The position numbers and the translations under genes were made by a program. Of a stretch of 64,000 nucleotides of DNA, positions 29,133-38,148 are shown piece after piece; the first letter of the stretch is position 1, and each line of letters starts with the position of its first letter. The notes under the pieces were generated by a model, which made no database searches, was not told the origin of the DNA, and saw nothing but the letters and a program-made list of their open reading frames with translations. The stretch is from Clostridiales bacterium (GTDB lineage: Bacteria > Bacillota > Clostridia > Peptostreptococcales > Anaerovoracaceae), in the NCBI GenBank assembly GCA_012841165.1, contig DUVF01000012.1, positions 2,977-66,976 on the forward strand. Direction: 5' to 3'.

Positions 29133-29603
29133 ATGAGAAGAATGGATCGTGAAATCAAAGAACCTAAAGAGATCGAAGCGATTCTTGAGCAAGCTTTTGT
29201 TTGCCACCTCGGCCTGGTCGATATCGATACGCCCTATGTGGTGCCGCTCAATTATGTCTACACCAACGGTCACATATACTTCCACTCAGCCGCCGTCGGC
29301 CGTAAGCTGAACTTGATCCGGGAAAACCCCAAGGTCTGCTTCCAGATGGAATTATATAATACCGAAATCATAAAACAGCCTAATGACCAACCCTGCGAAT
29401 GGGGCACCACCTATAAATCGGTCATCGGAACGGGCACAGCAGTTATTCTGACCGACGTAGCCGAAAAGAAAGCTGCCCTGCAGGCGATCGTCCGCCGCTT
29501 CGACCGGCGCGATCTGCCTTTCTCGGAAAGCGACTTTGCCGCGGTTGCCGTCGTACGCATCGATATCGAAGAAATGGTCGGTAAAAAATCGCGCGATTCT
29601 TAA
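29133..29603 (+). CDS. pyridoxamine 5'-phosphate oxidase family (NimA-like flavin-binding split-barrel) protein
   Basis: 156 aa. The N-terminus MRRMDREI...EIEAILEQAFVCHLGLVD...PYVVPLNY is typical of this family. AAAGGAG RBS. Confidence 0.8.
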   Translation: MRRMDREIKEPKEIEAILEQAFVCHLGLVDIDTPYVVPLNYVYTNGHIYFHSAAVGRKLNLIRENPKVCFQMELYNTEIIKQPNDQPCEWGTTYKSVIGTGTAVILTDVAEKKAALQAIVRRFDRRDLPFSESDFAAVAVVRIDIEEMVGKKSRDS

Positions 29604-29680
29604 AACGTCTGCGGGCCAGGCTTTGCGTACAACAAGTCTGCCAACTGAGAAGAGTTACGCAAGACCAGACAGACCGATCG

Positions 29681-30682
29681 TCAGTCATCATACACTTCGC
29701 CGTTTTCACCTGCAATGAAGCAACCGCTGATCTTGCCGATTTTTTTCAGCGGCAGAGCTTCCAGATCATGAAAATCCGAACCGCAGGTGGCGATTAGATC
29801 CAGGCGTTCGGCCATCTCCAACAAAGCTTCGGCGACTTCATCCGGATGTTCACTGTAGCGACACTCCATCCCCATCAAACCATATTTTTTGAGAACTTCA
29901 AGCAAACGTTCAAGTCGCTCTAAAAAGCTCTCCAGGCGCCAGGCGCCTTCTTTCAATGCCCCGATTTTATAGGGGTGGGCCAATACCGGAACGCCGCCAG
30001 CGCCAAGTATCAGTTTGATCGCTTTTTCCGCCGGCAGCTTTTTTCTGCGAATGGCTTTGACCTCAGGTCTTTTAAAAATACCCGGAGTCTCTCCGGCTCT
30101 CTCAGCGAAGGCGTCTTTCCAATTCTTCAGGCCATATTTGGCCGCCAAAGCTCTGGCGATGTTCGGCTTACCGACATAATCACTAATTCCGCTGACTGCG
30201 GCCAGTTCTTCTTTCGTAATTCCTATGCCGGTTTCTTCTAAATATTGAAGAAGTCTCCTGTTTCGATCTTCCCGCCACAACTTCATCTGCGCGATTGCTT
30301 CAACCAGCGGCTGATCAGCCGGATCGAACCCATAACCCAACAGATGGATGCTGATGTATTTGCCAAAGGGATTGTCCGGTTGTTCCGCCTTCAGGTCGGC
30401 CGATAACTCAACCCCGCTGATCAGTTTTATTTTCTCAGCGGCAGCACTTTCCATGGCTTCCGGCAGGCCTTTTAAACCATCGTGATCAGTCAAAGCAAAC
30501 AGCCTGACTCCGTTTTGTTTTGCCATGTGAATCAGGCAGGCCGGCTCAAATTCGCCATCGGAGTAGGCGCTGTGTACATGCAGATCGACCTCTCCCGCTT
30601 GTCTGTGACAGGATGAGCGCAAGAGCTCAATCAATTCATCCTGTGGCAACAGGTTTTCTTTTAAAAAAAGTTCTTCATTCAT
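29681..30682 (-). CDS. PHP-domain metal-dependent phosphoesterase (TrpH/YciV-like)
   Basis: 333 aa with VDLHVHSAYSDG and TDHD motifs. Its start overlaps the MFS stop (ATGAATGA). Confidence 0.8.
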   Translation of the reverse strand: MNEELFLKENLLPQDELIELLRSSCHRQAGEVDLHVHSAYSDGEFEPACLIHMAKQNGVRLFALTDHDGLKGLPEAMESAAAEKIKLISGVELSADLKAEQPDNPFGKYISIHLLGYGFDPADQPLVEAIAQMKLWREDRNRRLLQYLEETGIGITKEELAAVSGISDYVGKPNIARALAAKYGLKNWKDAFAERAGETPGIFKRPEVKAIRRKKLPAEKAIKLILGAGGVPVLAHPYKIGALKEGAWRLESFLERLERLLEVLKKYGLMGMECRYSEHPDEVAEALLEMAERLDLIATCGSDFHDLEALPLKKIGKISGCFIAGENGEVYDD

Positions 30683-31919
30683 CTATCAGCTTTGTTCCTT
30701 GTTCAACGTTTAATTCTTTCTTGCTTTTAGCTTTCAAAATCAATATACAAAACAACATTACAACAGTAAAGGCAGGCATACATAGCAAAATGGCCTTGAT
30801 GCTGATATGCGCCGAAATAAAGCCGCCGACCATGGGGCTGGCCATCGCCGCCGCGCTGTGGACTGTGCCCAGCATACCGAACAGCGTCCCGCGCAGAGCC
30901 GGCGGTGTTCGCTCTGAGGCGGCCGCTGTCAATATAGGTTCCGCTGCCCCTGCTAACAGGAAATAGGCGGTATAGATGGCAATAAAGGCTATCAGAGCTG
31001 AGGCGGGCAGGAAAAACAACGCCAATGCCAGCGGCAGCGACAGCAGCGTCAATCGCAACACAAGACCCATTTTTTCCTGCCGGTCTCCCAAGCGGACAAT
31101 GGTGACCGCCGCGATCGCCGTCGCCAGCATTGTCGTCCCATTTACCAGACCGGTGTAGGTGGCGGCGCCGCCATCCGGCAGAACGGCCTGAGCGTACAGG
31201 GCCATAAAGGGCATGAAGACCAGACGAGCCATCTTCTGAAAAAACAACGTCACGATCAGCAACACGATGAAAGGATTGAGAACCCGCATAAAGACTGATC
31301 TACCCGTCAGGCTGTCGGGAAGATCGGTTTTTAAGCGATAGCCATAGGTGTTGGGGTCTTCTTTAAGCAAGAACAGCACGATCAGAAATCCAATGAAGAT
31401 CAGACAACCGCCTGTTATGAAACAGTTGCGAAAACCCATCAGATCCGCCAGGATACCGCCCACAAAGGGGCCGATCGAATAGCCGGTAAAAGTCGAAGCT
31501 GTCATCAGGCCGAGAGCATAGGACTGACGAGCTAACGGCGTATTAGCCGAGACAAAAGTCATCGCAGCGGTCACGCTGCCCGTCATAACTCCCTGAATTA
31601 TCCGCAATGTCATGAATTGCCAGACTTCCCGGCAAAAACCCATTAGAACCAGCAACACCGCCCCGCTTATCAACGCGCGCAGTATCATCGGCCGGCGGCC
31701 GAAGCGATCAGACAGGATTCCCCAAATCGGCGCCGCGATCGCCATTGTCGCCGCCGGTAGGGTAAACGCCAGACCAACCAGATAACTCAGTCTGGTCGGA
31801 TTGGTAACACCCATTTCCTGGATCAGAAAAGGTATGAATGGAACAGCAAATCCAAAGCCCATCAGGCAGAACACCTGACCGAACCATAATATATATAAAT
31901 TTTTACGCCACCGTTCCAT
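30675..31919 (-). CDS. MFS transporter
   Basis: 414 aa with about 12 TM segments and an MFS signature GILSDRFGRRPM between TM2 and TM3. Confidence 0.85.
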   Translation of the reverse strand: MERWRKNLYILWFGQVFCLMGFGFAVPFIPFLIQEMGVTNPTRLSYLVGLAFTLPAATMAIAAPIWGILSDRFGRRPMILRALISGAVLLVLMGFCREVWQFMTLRIIQGVMTGSVTAAMTFVSANTPLARQSYALGLMTASTFTGYSIGPFVGGILADLMGFRNCFITGGCLIFIGFLIVLFLLKEDPNTYGYRLKTDLPDSLTGRSVFMRVLNPFIVLLIVTLFFQKMARLVFMPFMALYAQAVLPDGGAATYTGLVNGTTMLATAIAAVTIVRLGDRQEKMGLVLRLTLLSLPLALALFFLPASALIAFIAIYTAYFLLAGAAEPILTAAASERTPPALRGTLFGMLGTVHSAAAMASPMVGGFISAHISIKAILLCMPAFTVVMLFCILILKAKSKKELNVEQGTKLIDE

Positions 31920-31991
31920 TCATTCTCCTGTCATTTTTTTCCATCTGGTGTCTGTCTTGCCGGCGGCTATCTCAAACGACAGCTTACCGCT

Positions 31992-32534
31992 TTATCCCAG
32001 CAGTACACCCTGCCGGACAGTCTGAGCGGCGTCTTTTCCTTTCAGACGCCTGATCAGTTCAAGCGCGAATTCCATCGCGGTACCCGGCCCTTTTGATGTA
32101 GTAATATTGCCGTCAGTCACGACATTGTCACGGCCGACGACCGCTCCGGTCAGCTTTCCTTCAAGACCCGGATAGATCACTGCGTTGCGGCCTTTCAACA
32201 AGCCCAGTCCCCCTAAAATAGATGGCGCCGCGCAGATAGCAGCCAATGGTTTATCCTGCTCGGCAAAGTCGAGGATGGCAGCGGTCAGCCCGCTGTGAGC
32301 GGCCAAATTGTCCGTTCCCGGCAGACCGCCCGGCAGTACGATCATTTCGGCCGCCTTATAATCAGCCTGGTCGAACAACAGATCGGCAGTCACCTGAACG
32401 CCGTGCGCGCCGTTCACCGGCAGCCGACCGGTCACCGACACCGTTTTACAGTCTATCCCGGCTCGTCTCAGCAGATCGACGACAGTAAGGGCCTCCACTT
32501 CTTCAAAGCCTTCGGCTAAATGCACCAATACCAT
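31992..32534 (-). CDS. DJ-1/PfpI (ThiJ) family protein
   Basis: 180 aa with the nucleophile-elbow motif AAICAAP and the LPGG motif. AAAGGAGG RBS. Confidence 0.85.
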   Translation of the reverse strand: MVLVHLAEGFEEVEALTVVDLLRRAGIDCKTVSVTGRLPVNGAHGVQVTADLLFDQADYKAAEMIVLPGGLPGTDNLAAHSGLTAAILDFAEQDKPLAAICAAPSILGGLGLLKGRNAVIYPGLEGKLTGAVVGRDNVVTDGNITTSKGPGTAMEFALELIRRLKGKDAAQTVRQGVLLG

Positions 32535-32605
32535 AAGAAACGCCTCCTTTCAAGCGATTGGATAAGCGCTTCCGCAATAGTAATCCGCCTTAACCGGCAT
32601 AGCTG

Positions 32606-33532
32606 TTAACGGTCTTCCCGGAAATATGACACACTGAGATCAGCCGGCGGCTGATTTTCTTTTCTATTATTGCGGGAGCTTAAAATGATGATCAAAATGG
32701 TCGCTGCATAGGGCAACATATCGATCCAGTACTGTGATACATGAATACCCATGCTCTGCATCCGGAAACCAAGAATCGACAAACCGCCGAATAAAAACGC
32801 TCCGCCCAGAGCCTTGAAAGGATTCCAGGCCGCGAAGATAACCAGCGCAACCGCGATCCAGCCGCGGCCGGCGACAACATTCTCCACCCAAACCGACATC
32901 ATGACAAGCGACATGTATCCGCCGGCCAGGCCGCAGAGGCCTCCCCCACCAACAGTATGGAGATAGCGATACAAAGAGATGCGGACGCCGGCGGCATCGG
33001 CTGAAGCCGCCGATTCGCCAACCGCTTTCAGGTTGAGGCCGAAGCGCGTCCGGTACAGATACAGACAAATTATGATCACTAAAAAGTAGCTGCCGTAAAT
33101 AAACACATCCTGATGAAAGAAGACCGGTCCGAGCAAAGGAATATCGGACAACACGGGCAGAGCGAGCGGGCTAAAAGTCTCCCGGATCAATGCCGGCACC
33201 GGCAAACCAATGTAATCTTTACCGACAAAGCTGGCAAAGCCGGCGCCGAAGATAGTCAGGGTCAAACCGGTAACGACCTGATTGGCCCGCAAGGAGATGG
33301 TCAAAATGGCAAACATCAGGGAGCCGCAGCAGCCTGCCAAAAAAGCGCCCATCAATCCGGCCCAGGGATTTCCGCTCTCGTAGCCGGCAATGAAGCCCAT
33401 TACTGCGCCAAGCAGCATCAATCCTTCTACGCCTAAATTGAGCAACCCGGCTTTCTCGGTCAGGATCTCGCCTATAGTAGCAATCAGCAGAGGAATCGAA
33501 GCTACCAGGGCGGCTGCCAAAAAACCCTCCAT
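32606..33532 (-). CDS. ABC transporter permease (BMP/nucleoside importer, NupQ/RnsD type)
   Basis: 308 aa polytopic protein, last gene of the BMP-type importer set. Confidence 0.88.
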   Translation of the reverse strand: MEGFLAAALVASIPLLIATIGEILTEKAGLLNLGVEGLMLLGAVMGFIAGYESGNPWAGLMGAFLAGCCGSLMFAILTISLRANQVVTGLTLTIFGAGFASFVGKDYIGLPVPALIRETFSPLALPVLSDIPLLGPVFFHQDVFIYGSYFLVIIICLYLYRTRFGLNLKAVGESAASADAAGVRISLYRYLHTVGGGGLCGLAGGYMSLVMMSVWVENVVAGRGWIAVALVIFAAWNPFKALGGAFLFGGLSILGFRMQSMGIHVSQYWIDMLPYAATILIIILSSRNNRKENQPPADLSVSYFREDR

Positions 33533-34623
33533 CAGGCAGCCTCCCTTCTCGTCGGCCGCAGTCCGGCCAGACGACCGGCCAGACTGACCTTGTACTGAAT
33601 AAAAAATTCGCTGCCTAAAACGAAGAACAGAATTATACCCTGAATCATATCAGCAGCCGCGGCCGGGATCTGCATTGAGATCTGAATATAGGCCGCTCCC
33701 TGCAATAGTACGGCAAAGATGAGGCAGACCACCAGAGTGCCGATCGCGTTCAGGCGAGCCAGCCAGGCGGTGATGATAGCAGTGAAGCCATAACCGGCAG
33801 ACAATGTCGAAGTTAAAGTTTGTTCAATGCCAGCCGCCTGTATCATCCCGGTCAGGCCGCAGAGACCGCCGGAAAGGATCATGGCGGTGATGACGATGTT
33901 TTTGATGTTCATGCCGGCATAGCGGGCTGTTTCCTGGCTCTCACCGACGACCGCGATCTCGAAACCTTTTTTCGTATGATTCAGGAACACATGCACCAAA
34001 ACTACCAATACCAAAGCTATAATCCAGCCGATGTGCAAGCCGAACAGCGTCGGCAGCGTACCGTTCTTGGAAAACATGGCGACCTTGGGGAAGCCCTGTG
34101 ACCCGGGATCCTTCCACGGCCCATACTGCAAATAAGTGACGAATTTAATGGCTATGTAGTTCAGCATCAAGGTGAAGATAGTTTCATTGACACCCATGCG
34201 TGTCTTGAAAAAAGCCGGTATGAAGGCCCAGAAACCACCTGCCGCAATAGCTGCCAGCATCATCAGGCCAAGCAGCGGCAGGCGGGGCAGGTCCGGTAAA
34301 TTGAGAGCGACAAAGGTCGCGCCCAGCGCGCCCATCATGATTTGCCCTTCTCCGCCGATGTTCCAGAATTTCATCTTGAATGCTACCAGAATGCCCAGCG
34401 AAGTGATGATCAGCGGGACCGCTTTGAGAATGGTCTGCTTGAACCGGATCTCGGTGCCGATTGCCCCGTTCACCATGCTGGAAAAGACATTCAGCGGATC
34501 ATAACCGAGGATTTTTATCACCAGGCCGGCAAAAATCAGGGACAAAAAGACCGCTACTATGCGGATCAGCAGTTCCTTTTTCCTTGACATATCTTCGCGT
34601 TTCTTGATTTGGATCAGTTTCAC
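33532..34623 (-). CDS. ABC transporter permease (BMP/nucleoside importer, NupP/RnsC type)
   Basis: Polytopic. I prefer the GTG start at 34623, which overlaps the ATPase stop (GTGA) 5 nt after AGGAG. Alternatives are 34659 (ORF track) and ATG 34590. Confidence 0.85.
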   Translation of the reverse strand: MKLIQIKKREDMSRKKELLIRIVAVFLSLIFAGLVIKILGYDPLNVFSSMVNGAIGTEIRFKQTILKAVPLIITSLGILVAFKMKFWNIGGEGQIMMGALGATFVALNLPDLPRLPLLGLMMLAAIAAGGFWAFIPAFFKTRMGVNETIFTLMLNYIAIKFVTYLQYGPWKDPGSQGFPKVAMFSKNGTLPTLFGLHIGWIIALVLVVLVHVFLNHTKKGFEIAVVGESQETARYAGMNIKNIVITAMILSGGLCGLTGMIQAAGIEQTLTSTLSAGYGFTAIITAWLARLNAIGTLVVCLIFAVLLQGAAYIQISMQIPAAAADMIQGIILFFVLGSEFFIQYKVSLAGRLAGLRPTRREAA

Positions 34624-36140
34624 GACGGCTCCTGTTCCTTTCCTCCTGTCATCAGCCACCCAATCTCTTCTTTGCTGACTTCCCTGGGATCGACCGTTCC
34701 GGCCACCCGGCCGGCACAGAAGACCATCAGCCTATCGCACAGAGACATCAGAACATCGAGATCCTCGCCGATAAAAAGAATGCCGACGCCCTTATATTTT
34801 TGTTCGTTCAAAAGATCATATATCTTGTAAGACGCGCCGATATCAAGTCCTCGCACCGGATAAGCCGTGATCAGAACCTTCGGGTCGGAATCGATCTCCC
34901 GGCCAAGCAGTACCTTTTGGATGTTCCCGCCGGAAAGCTTCTTCACCGGATAATGAATGCCCGGAGTTTGGATATCGAGTCTCTCAACAATAGTTCGCGC
35001 CTTTGCCTGGCTGGGCCCGCGCCGGAGAAAAATACCCGGCTGATTTTGGTAGTCCTTAAGAATGATATTGTGCACGATGTCCATAGAACCAACCAGACCC
35101 ATTCCCAGACGATCTTCTGGAATAAATCCCATCCGGATGCCCAGGCGAATGATATCGCGCGGCGTTTTGCCAATGATGTTGCCACCCTCAAAGAAAATAC
35201 GTCCCTTTTCGGCCCGGGTCAAACCGGCTATCGTTTCGCAAATCTCCTTTTGACCGCTGCCTGCAACGCCGGCGATGCCGAGAATTTCTCCACCGTACAG
35301 GTCGAAATTGATTTCCTCAAGGGCGATCTTTTGATCCTGACCGCGCACCGTCAAACCGTCGACCTGCAGTAAAGGCCGGCGTTCACCCGGATAATCGACA
35401 CGTTTGATCGACAAGTCGAGTCTTTTCCCCACCATCCGCTCTATCAGCGTGCCGACCTGAACATCCGCCGTGGTCAGCGTTCCCACTGTCTGGCCTTGCC
35501 GCAGAACAGTCACCCGATCACTGATCTCCATTACTTCATTCAGTTTATGCGTGATGATGATGATGGCGCAACCCTGTTCCTTCATATTGCGCACGATTTG
35601 AAACAGACGGCGGATCTCCTGCGGCGTGAGAACAGCAGTCGGTTCATCAAGGATGAGGATGCGGGCGCCCTGATGCAGCACCTTTATGATTTCCAAGGTC
35701 TGCTTCTCGCCCACCGACATGTTATAGACTTTTTTATCTGGATCGATATCCAGGCCATAGCGGTCTGAGATATCACGGATTTCCTGTTTCCATTGTTTTT
35801 TTCGGATCAGCAGGCCGCCTCGACGGCCGATCATGATATTTTCCAGCGCCGTCATGACGTTTACCAGTTTGAAGTGCTGGTGTATCATGCCGATGCCATT
35901 TTTGATCGAACTCGCCGGCGAAGCAAACTCGACCACCTGACCATCGATCATGATTTCACCGCTGTCTGGCCGGTAAATACCGGACAGCATATTGACCAGA
36001 GTACTCTTGCCGGCGCCGTTTTCTCCGAGTATAGCGTGGATCTCACCCCAGCGTACCGAAAGATCAACCTCCCGGTTGGCCATGATCGAACCGAATGCTT
36101 TGCTGATCCCGCGCATTTCAATCGCGCTCACTGCTTCCAT
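34620..36140 (-). CDS. ABC transporter ATP-binding protein with duplicated ATPase domains (sugar/nucleoside type)
   Basis: 506 aa with Walker A GENGAGKST, signature LSVGEKQ and LSGGNIQK, and Walker B ILILDEP. Confidence 0.9.
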   Translation of the reverse strand: MEAVSAIEMRGISKAFGSIMANREVDLSVRWGEIHAILGENGAGKSTLVNMLSGIYRPDSGEIMIDGQVVEFASPASSIKNGIGMIHQHFKLVNVMTALENIMIGRRGGLLIRKKQWKQEIRDISDRYGLDIDPDKKVYNMSVGEKQTLEIIKVLHQGARILILDEPTAVLTPQEIRRLFQIVRNMKEQGCAIIIITHKLNEVMEISDRVTVLRQGQTVGTLTTADVQVGTLIERMVGKRLDLSIKRVDYPGERRPLLQVDGLTVRGQDQKIALEEINFDLYGGEILGIAGVAGSGQKEICETIAGLTRAEKGRIFFEGGNIIGKTPRDIIRLGIRMGFIPEDRLGMGLVGSMDIVHNIILKDYQNQPGIFLRRGPSQAKARTIVERLDIQTPGIHYPVKKLSGGNIQKVLLGREIDSDPKVLITAYPVRGLDIGASYKIYDLLNEQKYKGVGILFIGEDLDVLMSLCDRLMVFCAGRVAGTVDPREVSKEEIGWLMTGGKEQEPS

Positions 36141-36156
36141 AAATTACCTTTGATGT

Positions 36157-36190
36157 GCGGAACGGCTCCCGAAGGAACCGTTCCGTCCGC
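36157..36190 (-). other. intercistronic stem-loop between the binding-protein and ATPase genes
   Basis: About 12 bp, GCGGAACGGCTCC / GGAACCGTTCCG(TCCGC), with one mismatch and a CGAA loop. There is no U-tract on the coding strand. Confidence 0.5.
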
Positions 36191-36245
36191 ATATTCCTTT
36201 TAAATATTAACCATCAGGCTGATGAGCCTTCTATCACTGGATTTT

Positions 36246-37355
36246 TTATTCGACTGCCGTAATGCCGTCCAGCACCCACTCGATGCTCCAGATGTCATCA
36301 TGCGCTGTCAAAGCTGAACCGGCCGGAACGACCTCTTTGCCGGTGTTATCTTTGAGCGGTCCGACGAAGACCGGGAAGTCGCCTTCTTTCATCTTATCAT
36401 AGGCCGCATTGACTTCGGTCTTGACATCGTCGGGCACCAGATCGGTCAGCGGTGCCAGGCCGATGTAGCCGTCCTTGATCGTGCCGTAGTAAGACTCTGG
36501 CACATATTGACCGGCGATGATCTTTTCAATTGTCGGGATGAGGTAGACTTCATGATGCCAGATCGGCGAGGTCAGGAAGGACTTGGGCGCAATCTTGCTG
36601 TTATCAAGGTTGTAGCCGATGGCAAATTTACCGGCTTTTTCAGCCTCAACCTGAGCCGCGCTGGTATCGGCATGCTGAGTCAGGACGTCACAGCCCTGCG
36701 CCAGCAGGGATTCAGCAGCAGCTTTTTCAAGCGCAGCGTCGCCCCAGCTATTGATATAGACAACATTCATGGTTACGTCCGGATTGACCGAACGAGCGCC
36801 CAGAAAGAAAGAGTTGATGCCGATTTTTACCTCGGTATATTCATACGCCGCGATGTAACCCAGCTTGTTGGTCTCGGTCATCTTACCGGCGACAATGCCT
36901 GCCAGATAACGGGCTTCTTCCATGGCTCCGAAATAGTTGCCAAAGTTGGTGTCGTTCATTTTATAGCCGGAGAAATGCAGGAAAGTGACATCCGGATATT
37001 CCAGGGCCAGTTCTTCCAGAGCATCCATATAGCCGAAGCTGGTGCCGATGATGATGCTGGCGCCATTATCGATCATGTTGATAGCGGTGGATTTCACAGA
37101 CTGCTTGTCTTCGGGAACGCTCTCCTGACGCAGCAATTTGACCGCATCGCCGAAATGCTCTTCGACCTTTTGGAAGCCCTCGTTCTGAGCCTGGTTATAG
37201 CCGCCGTCGGTAACCGGGCCAATGAAAATGACGCCTATCGTCGTGACATCAGTTGTCGGGTCTTCCGAAGGCGCCGAATTGTCTTTTGCGCCGCAGCCGC
37301 TCAGAGCCGTCAGCGCCAGCATGAGTATCAACAGCACTGCAAAAAACTTCTTCAT
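36246..37355 (-). CDS. BMP-family (basic membrane protein/PnrA-like) ABC substrate-binding lipoprotein, nucleoside type
   Basis: Lipobox LTALSGC. BMP-family pattern with conserved Asp/Phe-rich sugar-binding segments. ATG 37355 sits 7 nt after AAGGAGA, whereas the track start 37361 abuts the RBS. Confidence 0.88.
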   Translation of the reverse strand: MKKFFAVLLILMLALTALSGCGAKDNSAPSEDPTTDVTTIGVIFIGPVTDGGYNQAQNEGFQKVEEHFGDAVKLLRQESVPEDKQSVKSTAINMIDNGASIIIGTSFGYMDALEELALEYPDVTFLHFSGYKMNDTNFGNYFGAMEEARYLAGIVAGKMTETNKLGYIAAYEYTEVKIGINSFFLGARSVNPDVTMNVVYINSWGDAALEKAAAESLLAQGCDVLTQHADTSAAQVEAEKAGKFAIGYNLDNSKIAPKSFLTSPIWHHEVYLIPTIEKIIAGQYVPESYYGTIKDGYIGLAPLTDLVPDDVKTEVNAAYDKMKEGDFPVFVGPLKDNTGKEVVPAGSALTAHDDIWSIEWVLDGITAVE

Positions 37356-37393
37356 GTTCATTCTCCTTGTTTCTTCTGCCTTTGAATTCTCGG

Positions 37394-37966
37394 TTACTTA
37401 AAAACTATATGACCGTCCGTCATGGACGTAATCACCACCAGGGATTCCACTCGAAAACCGGCTTCTTTCAGTTTCTCACTGCCGCCTTGATACGCTTTGT
37501 CGATCGCGACCCCGATGCCGAGCACCTCGGCCCCGGCCTGGCGGGCGATCTCCGTCAAACCTAAAGTCGCTTCGCCATGCGCCATGATGTCGTCGATGAT
37601 CAACAACTTATCATCTTCATTCAGATATTTCTGCGACACCGCCACCAGCGATACGCTGCGCCTGGTAAACGAAGTCACTTCGGTAGCATAAAACCCATCT
37701 GTCATCGTGCTGAGCGGAGTTTTTTTGGCAAACAGCACCGGCAAACCGTTCATGCGCAAACCGGTAGCGCAGGCCAAAGCTATACCCGAGGCCTCGATCG
37801 TCAAGATCTTGGTCACCGGCAGAGCGGCAAAACGGCGCGCAAACTCAGCACCGATCTCACCAATCAGACCGACATCGATCTGATGGTTAAGAAAGGCGTC
37901 GACTTTAATTATATCGGAGCCGATCAGTTCGCCGTCTTTGAGAATCCGGTCTTTTAATATGTCCAT
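37394..37966 (-). CDS. xpt: xanthine phosphoribosyltransferase
   Basis: MDILKDRILKDGELIGSDIIKVDAFLNHQID matches the Xpt N-terminus, and the PRPP motif LLIIDDIMAHG is present. The track ORF (to 38146) is an upstream extension. Confidence 0.88.
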   Translation of the reverse strand: MDILKDRILKDGELIGSDIIKVDAFLNHQIDVGLIGEIGAEFARRFAALPVTKILTIEASGIALACATGLRMNGLPVLFAKKTPLSTMTDGFYATEVTSFTRRSVSLVAVSQKYLNEDDKLLIIDDIMAHGEATLGLTEIARQAGAEVLGIGVAIDKAYQGGSEKLKEAGFRVESLVVITSMTDGHIVFK

Positions 37967-38148
37967 GCCGATATTATACCGCCTAAGTCGCCGTTTCGTA
38001 AAGAGCAAACCTGTAAAAGTCGGAAAAGGCTGTAAAAAGGCCTTGTTGCTTTTACATAAAGCGAATGATATATTTAGTAAAGTATCTACCCGTATTTCGC
38101 AAGCTTTCGCCGCTTTCACGGCCACGCCGGCAAGGGATCCGAGCACGC

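Noticed and set aside
37967-38148. Purine riboswitch upstream of xpt and SAM-I riboswitch or T-box upstream of metN.
   Set aside because: They are expected from gene context, but none of the invariant loop or junction sequences are present on either strand. The spacer is also too short to hold both elements.
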